Shown here piece after piece: positions 38,576-49,508 of a stretch of DNA of 64,000 nt. The stretch comes from Pristiophorus japonicus. Taxonomy: Eukaryota. The notes below the pieces were generated by a model. The model was given only the letters and a program-made list of their open reading frames with translations. It was not told where the DNA came from and ran no database searches. Both the position numbers and the translations under genes were made by a program. The stretch lies in contig NC_091977.1 of the NCBI RefSeq assembly GCF_044704955.1, forward strand, positions 333,312,001-333,376,000, given 5' to 3'. Every line of letters begins with the position of its first letter. The stretch's first letter is position 1.

Positions 38576-41500
38576 TGTTGTGTATGGAGAAAGAGTCAGA
38601 CTGAACACTGTGAGCTCAAAGTAAAGTGTGACATTAGTCTTCTATTGCAGGTCTCCAGAGTGCCTCTCCAATCTGTGAAGACTCCTTAAATACCTGTGCT
38701 CCCAAGGGATTATGGGATCCCTTGGAACTCCAGGGGATGAGCCCTCTGGTGGCTGTAGAGAGTAAATAGAAGTCCACATATATAACAACACTCACCACCA
38801 AAGTTAATGGTGTAACTATTTACAATGGGAGTCGATCTGGGGCCCTTCTTGCCCTGTTGATCATCTCGGTGTGAAAGCTGGTGTTGTTGAATCATTTGTT
38901 GGGCCCTTGCTGGGCTGCTGTGCAGCTGGCCTTGCTGGGCTGCCTGGTGTGTTGGGCCCTGCTGGGCTGCTGTGGATGATGGGTTCTGCTTCATGGTGCC
39001 GATTGCCACTGGTGTGTATGTTGGGGAATCAAAAAAGGTAAGGTCCAAGGTGGGTTGCTCAGGATAGTCCGTGAATCTGAGTTTGATTTGGCCCAAGTGT
39101 TTCCGGTGAATGAGTCCATTTGAAAATTTGACCCGAAACACCCTGCTCCCCTCTTTTGCCATGACAGTGCCGGGAAGCCACTTGGAACCTTGTCCATAAT
39201 TTAATACAAATACAGGATCATTGATTTCAATCTCGCGTGACACATTTGTGCTATCATGGTGTGCACTTTGTTGAAGCCACCTGCTCTCTACCTGTTCACG
39301 TAGATCAGGGTAAACTAATGAGAGCCTTGTCTTAAGTACTCTTTTCATGAGCAGTTCAGCAGGTGGGATCCCAGTGAGCGAGTGGGGTCTCGTGCGGTAG
39401 CTAAGCAGGACTCGGGATAGGTGAATCTGCAGTGAGCCTTCAGTTATCCTCTTCAAGCCTTGCTTGATGGTTTTCACTGCTCTCTCTGCCTGACCATTGG
39501 ATGCTGGTTTAAATGGGGCAGATGTGACATGTTTGATCCAGTTACGGGTCATGAATTCTTTGAACTCAGCACTGGTAAAACATGGCCCATTTTCACTCAC
39601 CAGGACATCGGGTAAGCCGTGAGTGGCAAACATGGCGCGCAGGCTTTCAGTAGTGGCAGAGGACATGCTAACCGACATTATCTCACATTCAATCCACTAG
39701 GAGTACACGTCTACAACCACAAGGAACATTTTACCCAAGAACGGGCCTGCAGTGTCAACGTGTACCCTAGACCACGGTTTGGAGGGCCAAGTCCATAAAC
39801 TTAGCGGCGCCTCCCTGCGTGCATTGCTTAACTGCGAGCATGTATTACATCTGTGAACGCAGGACTCTAAGTCCGCATCGATACCACGCCACCACATGTG
39901 GGATCTGGCTATCGCTTTCATCATTACGATGCCTGGGTAGGTACTGTGGAGGTCATTGATGAAGGTGTCTCTGCCCTTCTTGAGGACCACTACTCGATTG
40001 CCCCACAGAAGGCAGTCTGCCTGTATAGATATTTCATTTTTGCGCTGCTGGAACGGCTTTACCTCTTTCTGCATTTCCACTGGGACACTGGACCAGCTCC
40101 CGTGAAGCACTCAGCTTTTGACTAGAGATAATAAGGGGTCCTAGTTTGTCCAGGTTTTGACCTGCCGGACAATGACAAGTGATTGCTCACTCTCAAATGC
40201 TTCCATAACCATGGCTAGATCTGCAGGCAGTGCCATTTCCACCCCCGTGGTGGGTAATTGCAGCCTACGGAGAGCATCGGCGCAGTTTTCTGTGCCTGGC
40301 CTGTGGCGGATGGCGTAGCTGTATGCGGACAACGTGAGCGCCCATCTCTGGATGCGGGACAATGTGATGGTATTTATCCCTTTACTCTCGGAAAACAGGG
40401 ATATAAGTGGCTTATGGTGAGTTTCCAATTCGAATTTTAGCCCAAATAGGTATTGATGCATTTTCTTTACCCCATCGACACACACTAACGCTTCTTTTTC
40501 AATCATGCTGTAGGCTGTATCAGCCTTAGACAGACTCCTGGATGCACAAGCAATTGGTTGCAGTTTCCCAAAATCATTAGCGTGTTGCAATACACACCCA
40601 ATGCCATTTAACGACGCATCACATGCTAGTACGAAACGCTTACATGGATCATACAACACAAGCAATTTTTTTGAGCATAACTATTTTCTCGCTTTTACAA
40701 AGGTATTTTCTTGGCTTTTGCCCCACACCCATTCATCCCCTTTTCGTAGTAGGACATGTAGTGGTTCTAGCAGGGTGCTGAGACCCGGTAAGAAGTTACC
40801 AAAGTAGTTCAGAAGTCCCAGAAACGATCGCGGCTCCGTCACGTTCTGTGGCCTCGGTGCATTCTCGATTGTCTTCGTCTTCGCGTTGGTGGGCCTGATG
40901 CCGTCTGCCGTAATCCTCCTTCCCAAGAACTCCACTTCAGGCGCTAGGTAAACGCGTTCGAGCATTTTAACTTGAGCCCCACGCAGTTGAGTCGACGAAG
41001 AACCTCCTCCAGGTTCTGACCTGTGTTCCGACCTGTGATCAAGATGTCGTCCTGGAAGACGATGGTGTGTGGGACTGACTTCAGTAAACTTTCCATGTTT
41101 CTCTGGAATATCACCCCCACTGATTGGATTCCAAACGGGCATCTGTTATAAACAAAAAGACCTTTGTGCGTGTTGATGCAGGTGAGGGCCTTCGATGATT
41201 CCTCCAGTTCCTGCGTCATGTAGACTGAAGTCAGATCCAGCTTTGTGAACATCTTTCCTCCCGCCAGCGTTGCAAAGAGGTCATCGGCATTTGGTAGTAA
41301 TTATTGTTCCTGCAGGGAGAAACAATTGATAGTTAATTTGTGATCGCCATAGATTCTGGCGGTGCCGTCTCCCTTGAGGACTGGGACAATAGGGCTGGCC
41401 CACTCACTGAACTCGATCGGTGAAATGATGCCCTCTCATTGCAGCCGGTCTAGCTCGATCTCTACCCTTTCTCTCATCATGTACGGTACTGCTCTCGCCT

Positions 41501-43090
41501 TGTGATGGATGGGTTGTGCCCCCGGAATTAGGTGGATCTGCACTTTTGCTCCTTGGAATTTCCTGATGCCTGGTTTGAACAGCGAAGGAAATTTGTTTAA
41601 GACCTGGACACACGAAGTGTCATCAGCGGGCGATAGCGCTCGGACGTCGTCCCAGTTCCAGCGTATCTTTCCCAGCCAGCTCCTGCCGAGCAGCGTGGAA
41701 CCATTGCCCGGTACCACCCAGAGTGGTAGCTTGTGCACCATTCCATCGTAGGAGACCTTTACGGTAGCACTGCCAATTACAGGAATCAGTTCTTTTGTGT
41801 AAGTTCTTAGTTTCGTGTGAACTAGAGTTAAGACTGGCCTTGAGGCCTTGTTGCACCACAACCTTTCGAAAGTCTTTTTGCCCATGATGTGCTGGCTCGT
41901 GCCCGTGTCCAGCTCCATTGACCCTGGGAGTCCATTTAGTTTAATATTCAGCATTATTGGGGGACAATTCATGGTGACTGTGTGCACCCCATGTATCTCT
42001 GCCTCCTCGATCCGAGGCTCTGGTGCGTCGCGATCCTCCGTGGATCTGTCCTCCTCTGCAACATGGTGGTTTGCAGGTTTAGCAGGCTTTTCAGCTCACC
42101 TGCGCACTCGTTGGAGGTGTCCCATTGTTCCACAGCCCTCGCAAATGTACCCTTTGAATCGGCATGAATGGAAACGATGATCACCCCCGCAGTATCAACA
42201 AGGTGTTAATGGCCTTGCATTCATCACCCTTGATGGTGGACTCTGAGTCATCTGCGGACGTGCAGCTGCAGGTATATGTGACCTGCCCTGTACGTTACGA
42301 TTCGAAAATAACATCACTTTGTTCACAGTACTTGTAGCAGCACTTGTGTGCTGAGAGATTTGCTTCATATTGTCACTGGTGGCAATGAACGCCTGGGCTA
42401 TCGCTGTGGCCTTACATAAGGTTGGGGTCTCTACAGTCAAAAGTTTGCGAAGTATGGTTTCGTGGCCAATGCCAAGTACGAAAAAGTCTCTGAGCATGTG
42501 CTCCAAATGTCCTTCAAATTCGCAATATCCTGCAAGGCGTCTTAGCTCAGCGACATAACTTGCCACTTCCTGGCCTTCAGACCTTTTGTAGGTGTAGAAC
42601 CGGTACCTCGCCATCAGAACGCTTTCCTTCGGGTTCAAATGCTCTTGGACCAGTGTGCACAAATCGTCGTACGATTTCTCCGTAGATTTCGCTGGAGTAA
42701 GCAGATTCTTCATGAGGCCATACGTTGGTGCCCCACCGATGGTGAGGAGGATTACCCTTCGTTTGGCAGCGCTCTCTTCCCCATCTAGCTCATTGGCCAC
42801 GAAGTATTGGTAGAGTCGCTCCCAATCATCTCCATCTGAAAATTTCTCCAGGATGCCCACTGTTCTCTGCATCTTTGGGTTCGCTATCTGTATCTCATCA
42901 CCAGTTGTTGTGTATGGAGAAAGAGTCAGACTGAACACTGTGAGCTCAAAGTAAAGTGTGATCTTAGTCTTTTATTGCAGATCTCCAGAGTGCCTCTTCA
43001 ACCTGTGAAGCTTCCTTAAATACCTGTGCTCCCAAGGGATTATTGGATCCCTTGGGACTCCAGGAGAAGAGCAAGTCCACATATATAACA
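38576..43090 (-). mobile_element. Full-length Gypsy LTR retrotransposon, decayed
   Basis: Two LTRs (38576-38787 and 42906-43090, both TGT...ACA), PBS-like TGGTGATGAG, gag with CCHC knuckle, PR, RT, RH and IN fragments. Flanks AATAC/AGTAC fit a 5-bp TSD with one mismatch. Confidence 0.93.
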
Positions 43091-43321
43091 AGTACCTCGA
43101 GTGGAAACAGGTGCATCAACCTGACAACCGGCAAGTGTGAAATTTACCTGGGGTTTTGGGCCTGGGGATCTAGGCCTGGGAATCTGAGGCTGGGGGTCTG
43201 GGGCTGGGAGTCTGCATTTGGGCATGTGACTGGTGGTCTGGGGCTTGGACTGGGACTGGTAGTCTGGGGCTGGGTCCCTGAAGGTTTTTTTTTAAGTTTT
43301 AATTGTTTTAGCCTCTTTATA

Positions 43322-43835
43322 TGGCACAAGTCAGGAGTGTGATGGAATATTCTCCACTTCCCTGGATGAGTGCAGCTCCAACAACTTTCAAGAAACTCAA
43401 AACCATCCAGGACAAAGCAACCCGCTTTATTGGCACCCCATCCACCACCTTCTCACTCCCTCCACCACTAGCGTACCGTGGCTGCAGTGTGTACCATCTA
43501 CAAGGTGCACTGCAGCAACTCATCAAGGCTTCTTCAACACATCTCCCAAACCCGCGACCTCTACCACCTAGCAGGTGCGTAGGAACACCATCACCTCCAA
43601 GTTCCCCTCCAAGTGACACACTGACTTGAAAATATGTTGCCATTCCTTCATTGTCGCTGGGTCAAAATCCTGGAACTCCCTGTCTTACATCACTGTGGGA
43701 GCACCTTCACTACACGAATTGCAGCAGTTCAAGAAGGTGGCTCACCACCACCTTCTCAAGAGCAATTAGGGATGGGCAATAAATGCTGGCCTTGCCAGCG
43801 AAGCCCACATCCCATGAATGAATCCAAAATAAATA
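43322..43835 (+). mobile_element. CR1-like LINE 3' end
   Basis: AQVRSVMEYSPLPW peptide; 3' tail shared with SINE family 2. Confidence 0.7.
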
Positions 43836-44180
43836 AAGGGGTCCAATGGGCATAGTTCTGGGAAGTTTCTGAGGGGAGGGGGATGGCCCCCAAAACAGGC
43901 ACACCTGCTGCATTTTGTATCCCCTCCCTCTAGCAGGTGCAGGACATGGACAGGGACAGGCTCCCAACGCTATGATTTAGATTGGAGTGATGTCTCCCCC
44001 GGAACATAGAAACATAGAAAAATGGAAAATAGGTGCAGGAGTAGGCCATTCGGCCCTTTGAGCCTGCACCACCATTCAATATGATCATGGCTGATCATGC
44101 AACTTCAATACCTCATTCCTGCTTTCTCTCCATACCCCTTGATCCCTTTAGCCATAAGGGTCACATCTAACCCCATGTAC

Positions 44181-44570
44181 GCTGGTAGGTCAGCTTCATA
44201 GGTCACTGGGGATAAGCTCCAGAGGTCACTGGTGGATCAGCTCCAGAGGTCATTGATTGGTTAGCTCGAGAGGTCACTGATGGGTCAGCTCCAGAAGTCA
44301 CTAATGGGTCAACTCCAGAGGTCACTGGCAGGTCAGCTCTAGAGGTCACTGATGGGCAGCTCCCAAGGTCACTAATGGGTCAGCTGTAAAGGTCACTGGC
44401 GGGTCAGCTCCTGGGTCACTGGCGGGTGAGCTCCTGGGTCACTGGCGGGTGAGCTCCTGGGTTACTGGTGGGTGAGCTCCTGGTTTACTGGTGGGTCAGC
44501 TCCTGGGTTGCTGGTGGGTCAACTCCAGAGGTCACTGATGGATCAGCTCCTGTGGTCACTGACAGACAGT
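44181..44570. repeat. 23-24-bp minisatellite, ~16 units, AGCT-rich
   Basis: Consensus GGTCACTGGYGGGTSAGCTCCWGA; 14 AGCT sites counted. Confidence 0.9.
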
Positions 44571-44579
44571 ACCTGACAC

Positions 44580-44970
44580 AGTAGCATAGTGGTTATGTTA
44601 CTGGTGTAGTAATACAAAGGCCTGGATTAATGATTAAAGACAGGAGTTCAAATCCCATTATAGCAGCTGGGAAATTTAAATTCAATTAAGTAAAACTTCT
44701 GATATCAATAATGGTGACTATGGAACTACCAAATTGTCATAAAAACCCATCTGGTACACTATAATGTCCTTTAGGGAAGGAAATCTGCTGTCCTTACCTG
44801 ATCTGGCCTATATGTGACTTCAGATCCACAGCAATGTGGTTGATTCTTAAATGGCCTAGCAAGCCACTTATTTAAAAGGGTGGCTCACCACCATTTTCTT
44901 GAGGACAAATAGGGATGGCCAATAAATCCTGGCCTTACCAGCGATGCCCACATCCTGTGAATAAATAAAA
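44580..44970 (+). mobile_element. tRNA-derived SINE, family 2
   Basis: A-box-like TAGCATAGTGG and B-box GAGTTCAAATCC; homologous copies at ~53520-53760, 56300-56660 and 61020-61415. Confidence 0.7.
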
Positions 44971-45053
44971 TTAAAACTTGTACTGTTATAGTCGGTCAGT
45001 TTCTGATTTCTGTACTGAAGTGTGGCGATCATGTTATTGCTCAGCCCTTTATT

Positions 45054-45238
45054 GAGTAATTTTAACCTAACTCATTGAGGAAGAAATCCACAGGTTCGGG
45101 TGAAATGCCCATTTAAAATCCACTTGATATTGCTCTCCACTGACATCAGTGGAGATTAAAATCGGGCAGGTTTTAAAACCAACATTACTCCTGATCCCAT
45201 AGGTCTCCTGACTGGCAAATTAAGTTAAAATGAACCCC
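45054..45238. mobile_element. MITE-like palindromic element
   Basis: Imperfect terminal inverted repeats (ATTTTAACCTAA / TTAAGTTAAAAT) and a central hairpin TCTCCACTGA-ca-TCAGTGGAGA (45134-45155); related copy at ~59079-59210. Confidence 0.55.
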
Positions 45239-45769
45239 GTGTTCAGCACTGCAACCAGTTGCAGGCTGGTTTTCGGCAATTTTCTGTGAATACGGAGTAA
45301 ACTTGGAGTCACCGAACCTCTCAGGCTCCTTTATGGAACTTAAACGGGCATCAGATCAATGGTGGTAATCCTTTGTTCATTGAAATCAAAGGGGCTTAAA
45401 TGGATAGCTCTTTCATGAGCCGGCACAAGCGTGATGGGCCAAAAGGCCTCCTTCTGTTCTATAAGGTTGTATGATTCTATGATTGGAATCAGAGTGTGTC
45501 CTCTGAATGAATCGCAGATAGTATCAGCTTCAGGAACCCAGATAGCAGCTGCACATGCGACACCACTTCAAGAATTTCCACCTGTGTTCTGGGGCCCAAG
45601 CGGAGACCTGAATCCATGAGGTTAAAGCTGTGAATGATAAGAGGTTGAACTAAACAGTCTAGTTATTGAGAGTTGGTTTAATGCTGTGGTCTGTACGCAG
45701 CGGGGAAGAATATGTTTTCGGCTTTGGAACCAGACTGGTTGTGACAGGTAAATGTACTCCATCCTAACA

Positions 45770-47142
45770 CTATTGGTAATGATAACCCTAACCTTAATGC
45801 TGACCCGATCCCTCAGCCTAACCTTAACCCTAACCCTCACCTTAGCCTTAATCTTAACCCTAAAGCTAATCCAAATGCCAACCCTAATCCTAATGCTAAC
45901 CGTCACCTTATTATAGGCAGTCCCTCAAGACTTGCTTCCACTCTAAAAGTGAGTTCTCAGGTGACTGAACAGTCCAATATGGGAATTACAGTCTCTGTCA
46001 CAGATGGGATAGACAGTCGTTGGAGGAAAGGGTAGGTGGGGATTCTGGTTTGCCGCTCGCTCCTTCCACTGCCTGCGCTCGTTTTCTGCATGCTCTTGGC
46101 GACGAGACTCGTGGTGCTCAGCACTCTCCTGGATGCTCTTTCTCCACTTAGGGTGATCTTTGGCCAGGGACTCCCAGGTGTCGGTGGGCATGTTGCATTT
46201 TATCAAGGAGGCTTTGAGGGTGTCCTTGAAACGTTTCCTCTGCCCACCAGAGACTTGATTGCCATGTAGGAGTTCCAAATAGAGCGCTTGCTTTGGGAGC
46301 CTTGTGTTGGGCATACGAATAATGTGGCCCGCCCAATGGAGCTGGTCGAGTGTGGTCAGTGCTTCCATGTTGGGGATGTTGGCCTGATCGCGAACACTGA
46401 CATTGGTGCATCTGTCCTCCCAGGGGATTTGCAGGAGACAGCGTTGGTGATATTTCTCCAGTGATTTGAGGTGTCCACTGTATATGGTCCACGTCTCTGA
46501 GCCATGCAGGGGGGCGAGTATCACTAAGCTTGGTGCCAGATTTGAGGTCCTGATCTTTGAACACTCCCTTCCTCAGGCGTCCGAAGGCTGCGCTGGCGCA
46601 CTGGAGGCAGTGTTGAACCTCGTTGTCGATGTCTGATAATAAGCTCCCGAGGTATGGAAAGTGGTCTACGTTGTCCAGGGCCACGCCGCAGATCTTGATG
46701 ACTGGGGGGCAGTGCTGTGTGGCGGGATCAGGTTGGTGGAGGACCTTTGTCTTACGGATGTTTAGTGTAAGACCCATGCTTTCGTACACCTTGGTGAAGA
46801 TGTTGACGATGACTTGGAGTTCAGCCTCCGAATGTGCGCAGACGCAAGCATCATCCGCGTACTGTAGTTCAACAATAGAGGATGGGACGGTCTTGGATCT
46901 AGCCTGGAAGCGACGAAGGTTGAACAGGTTCCCACTGGTTCTATAGTTTAGTTACACTTCTTTGACCTTACAAAGGCCTTTGACACCCTCACCTTAACCC
47001 TAACATTTACTCTATCCCTTACCTGAACCCTAACCCTATCACTAACCTTCACCCTCATCCTAACCCTAATCCCCACCCTCACCTTCATCTTATCCCTAAC
47101 ACTAACCCTGTCCCTCACCCGAACCCTCATCCTAACCCTAAC
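45770..47142. repeat. Degenerate (CCCTAA)n telomere-like tract split by an RTE (parts 45770-45910 and 46987-47142)
   Basis: Hexamer periodicity CCCTAA/CCTTAA/CCCTCA on both sides of the insertion. Confidence 0.75.
45911..46986 (-). mobile_element. RTE LINE, 5'-truncated with a short inverted 5' piece
   Basis: RT C-terminal fragments and Zn finger; 46957-46986 matches RTE + strand sequence at 14861-14890. Confidence 0.85.
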
Positions 47143-47471
47143 TGTATGGGCAAAGAGTGAAGCACCAATCAGTCGTTCTGTGTGATATTGGAGTTGGTGT
47201 ACTTGTGAGACTGGGGAGACACAAGCCCTCAGCAGTTTGATATAGAAAGTGTGAAATGCAGGGAGATCACTGGGGTGAAATCAAGGGATGCCTTTGCGTT
47301 AATAGAATGCTGTGAAATGCTTATGCTGGTTATTTTAGCTGTTATTTGAGTGAATCTAGGTTGACCCGGGTCGCAGTGAGTTCAGCCAGACCCGGGCCTG
47401 GGTGAGTCCAGGTCATATCCCGCTTGTAGTAAGTTCAGGCAGACCCGGATCTGGGTGAGTCTGGTCAGGTG

Positions 47472-47557
47472 GGTTATTGTCAGGCGGTGTAACAGGGTGC
47501 TAACTGTTGATTCAGACGTGAAAATCTTCGGCACTGGAACCAAGCTCTTGGTCACAG
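47472..47557 (+). CDS. TRGJ: J segment 1 with 12-RSS (coding 47500-47557, LTVDSDVKIFGTGTKLLVT)
   Basis: GGTTATTGT-12-CAGGGTG; FGxG motif; phase-1 GTGAGG donor. Confidence 0.9.
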
Positions 47558-47661
47558 GTGAGGCTTTGGTGTGAAGAGCGATGTAGGTTACAGTTACTAA
47601 ACTCGGTGTGCTGAGTAACTGGGTTACTGGTGATGGTAGTTCGCTCGTGTAAGGACGGTAA

Positions 47662-47714
47662 CGCTGTGCGAATCTCTGCAGAATTTGACACTGGGACGAA
47701 ACTGGCTGTCCCAG
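47662..47714 (+). pseudogene. Pseudo-J (RISAEFDTGTKLAVP)
   Basis: Heptamer CGCTGTG without a nonamer; FDTG instead of FGxG; GA in place of the GT donor. Confidence 0.6.
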
Positions 47715-47783
47715 GAGCGGGGAGATAGTTTCCGGCCACTGCCGGTTCATTGAACTGATGGGGCCGGACCGGTGCCCCGGGAC

Positions 47784-47868
47784 GGTTATTGTAAAGTGAT
47801 ATAACACAGTGCTACCTCTGGTACTTGGAGAAAAATATTCGGCTCTGGGACTCGGCTTATTGTTTCGG
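47784..47868 (+). CDS. TRGJ: J segment 2 with 12-RSS (coding 47812-47868, TSGTWRKIFGSGTRLIVS)
   Basis: GGTTATTGT-12-CACAGTG; W-x-K-I-F-G-x-G typical of J-gamma; GTAAGT donor. Confidence 0.93.
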
Positions 47869-47981
47869 GTAAGTTTGGTGTGAGCGCGGCGCTGTGTTTA
47901 ACTGGAGGGCTCGCAGAGATCTATTTAAATAAAGATCGCCGGTTGTCTGGGCATTCCGACCAATATTCACTGAGTTCGGGC

Positions 47982-48053
47982 GGTTACTGTAGGAGGTTCT
48001 AATACCGCGTCTACCAGGTGTATACGGCATTGGGACCAAGCTCCTTGTCCACG
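47982..48053 (+). pseudogene. Pseudo-J (LPGVYGIGTKLLVH)
   Basis: GGTTACTGT-12-TACCGCG (defective heptamer); donor mutated to ATAAGT. Confidence 0.7.
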
Positions 48054-48101
48054 ATAAGTGTTTCTGTAAGTAAATGAGACTCAAGACACGGAATGTGGCG
48101 C

Positions 48102-48176
48102 GGTTTTTGTACGGTGCTGTGTAACCGTGGTTTGCGGTAAAGGTCTTCGGGACTGGGACTAAATTGATAGTTACAG
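48102..48176 (+). CDS. TRGJ: J segment 3 with 12-RSS (coding 48130-48176, FAVKVFGTGTKLIVT)
   Basis: Consensus GGTTTTTGT-12-AACCGTG; FGxG; GTGAGC donor. Confidence 0.9.
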
Positions 48177-48217
48177 GTGAGCTTATATTCCGCTTGACAA
48201 AACGCTCCGGGATCGGA

Positions 48218-48340
48218 GGTTTTTGTGGCGTGGTAATGGTTAAGGAGAGATACTGTAACATATTGTAAGACAGAGGGTCTCCAACAGAGCTCATGAGATG
48301 AAGGTCTGCGGGACTGGAACGACACAGGCCGGTTCGTGGT
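48218..48340 (+). pseudogene. Pseudo-J, decayed J3-like copy (MKVCGTGTT)
   Basis: Orphan consensus nonamer at 48218-48226 with no heptamer at 12 nt. AAGGTCTGCGGGACTGGAAC closely matches J3 AAGGTCTTCGGGACTGGGAC. Confidence 0.55.
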
Positions 48341-48751
48341 GTTACTGCTTACAGATGTCTCTCGGGCGGGGAGCTGTTGAGTGGATGATCCCGAGCACCT
48401 AACTGCTTTAATAACACGGGCCGCGTGCAATGTTAAAACCGGGAGATGTATAGTGTGGAATTGTGGCCACAATGTATTGCACAGCAGGGTTTATGTGTGA
48501 GGCGTGGGGTGGGACGATAGCCTGCGAAGGATGTGCATATGCACCGAGCTAATGTGCTTCTGGCACTCACTTCGTTTTACAAAACTTTCAGATTATTATA
48601 GTAATTCTAAAAAATCTGTAGTATTTATTTTGGGAAAAACACCCAAAAGTCAGTTAAAAATGCATAGTTCATAGAGTTCATAGAGGCAGTAATAGTTCAT
48701 GGAGGTAGTATAGTTTATAGAGACAGTATTACTCACCACTGCTTCTCATTG

Positions 48752-48828
48752 AGATATTGAACAGTCCTGCACCACTGTGGTTAATAGAGACATGCAGTTC
48801 GGTGCTGGGACCAAACTCATTGTAACGG
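48752..48828 (+). CDS. TRGJ: J segment 4 with 12-RSS (coding 48780-48828, VNRDMQFGAGTKLIVT)
   Basis: Consensus heptamer CACTGTG, weak nonamer AGATATTGA; FGAG; GTAAGT donor. Confidence 0.82.
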
Positions 48829-48879
48829 GTAAGTCTGATATCATTGCCCATCTCGGGCCGGGTTCTGGTGTCTCCGAGC

Positions 48880-48954
48880 GGCCCTTGCCGGCGGGTTTTG
48901 CACAGTGAGGAACACATTTTGCTTTTGGCGCTTGGACAAGGCTGGTGGTCGCCG
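48880..48954 (+). CDS. TRGJ: J segment 5, non-canonical (coding 48908-48954, GTHFAFGAWTRLVVA)
   Basis: GGCCCTTGC-12-CACAGTG; FGAW instead of FGxG; intact GTGAGT phase-1 donor. Confidence 0.68.
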
Positions 48955-49147
48955 GTGAGTCTTAAAATCCACCACTTAACAACACACGGAGAGGAGTTCA
49001 CACTCTGATTCTGTGTGGCATCAAAAGCAGCGCTTAATATAACGGTTATTATAACGTTGTTGTAATTCATTGGGAATGGCAAGTACAGAAACCAGGAAGT
49101 TGAACCCCGTAACATGAAGATTAATAAGGAAACCGGATTAGGGCTAT

Positions 49148-49508
49148 GAAACACATAAGATAATGAAGGGGCTCGACAAGGTGGATGCAGAAAGGATATC
49201 TCCACTCATAGGGGAAACCAGAATAAGGGGTCACGCATTTAAAACTGAGATGAGGAGGAATTTCTTCACCCAGAGGGTTGTAAATCTATGGAATTCTCTG
49301 CCTCAGAGAGCTGTGGAGGCTGGGTCATTGAATATATTTAAGGTGGAGATAAACAGATTTTTGAGCGATGAGTAAAGGGTTATGGGAGGTAGGGGGGCGC
49401 GAAGTGGAGCTGAGTCCATGATCAGATCAGCCATGATCGTATTGAATGGCGCAGCAGGCTCGATGGGCTAAGTGGCCTACTCCTGCTCCTATTTCTTATG
49501 TTCTTATG
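49148..49508 (+). mobile_element. CR1 3' fragment inserted in the J cluster
   Basis: Matches 37814-38196; TTCTTATG tail; TAT on both flanks. Confidence 0.85.

Noticed and set aside
44181-44570. CRISPR-like array
   Set aside because: Contiguous tandem units with no unique spacers, in eukaryotic DNA.
45622-47130. (RV)n ORFs at 45622-45906 and 46948-47130
   Set aside because: By-product of the TTAGGG-like hexamer repeat; no gene structure.
24050-47471. D segments or further V genes between V gene B and J1
   Set aside because: No short core flanked by two RSS, and no further YYC/WYxQ remnants or heptamer-23-ACAAAAACC seen by eye. Very decayed pseudo-Vs cannot be excluded.
47382-48472. 141-153-aa minus-strand ORFs over the J cluster
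   Set aside because: Antisense shadows of the repeated J segments in GC-rich sequence; no recognisable domain.
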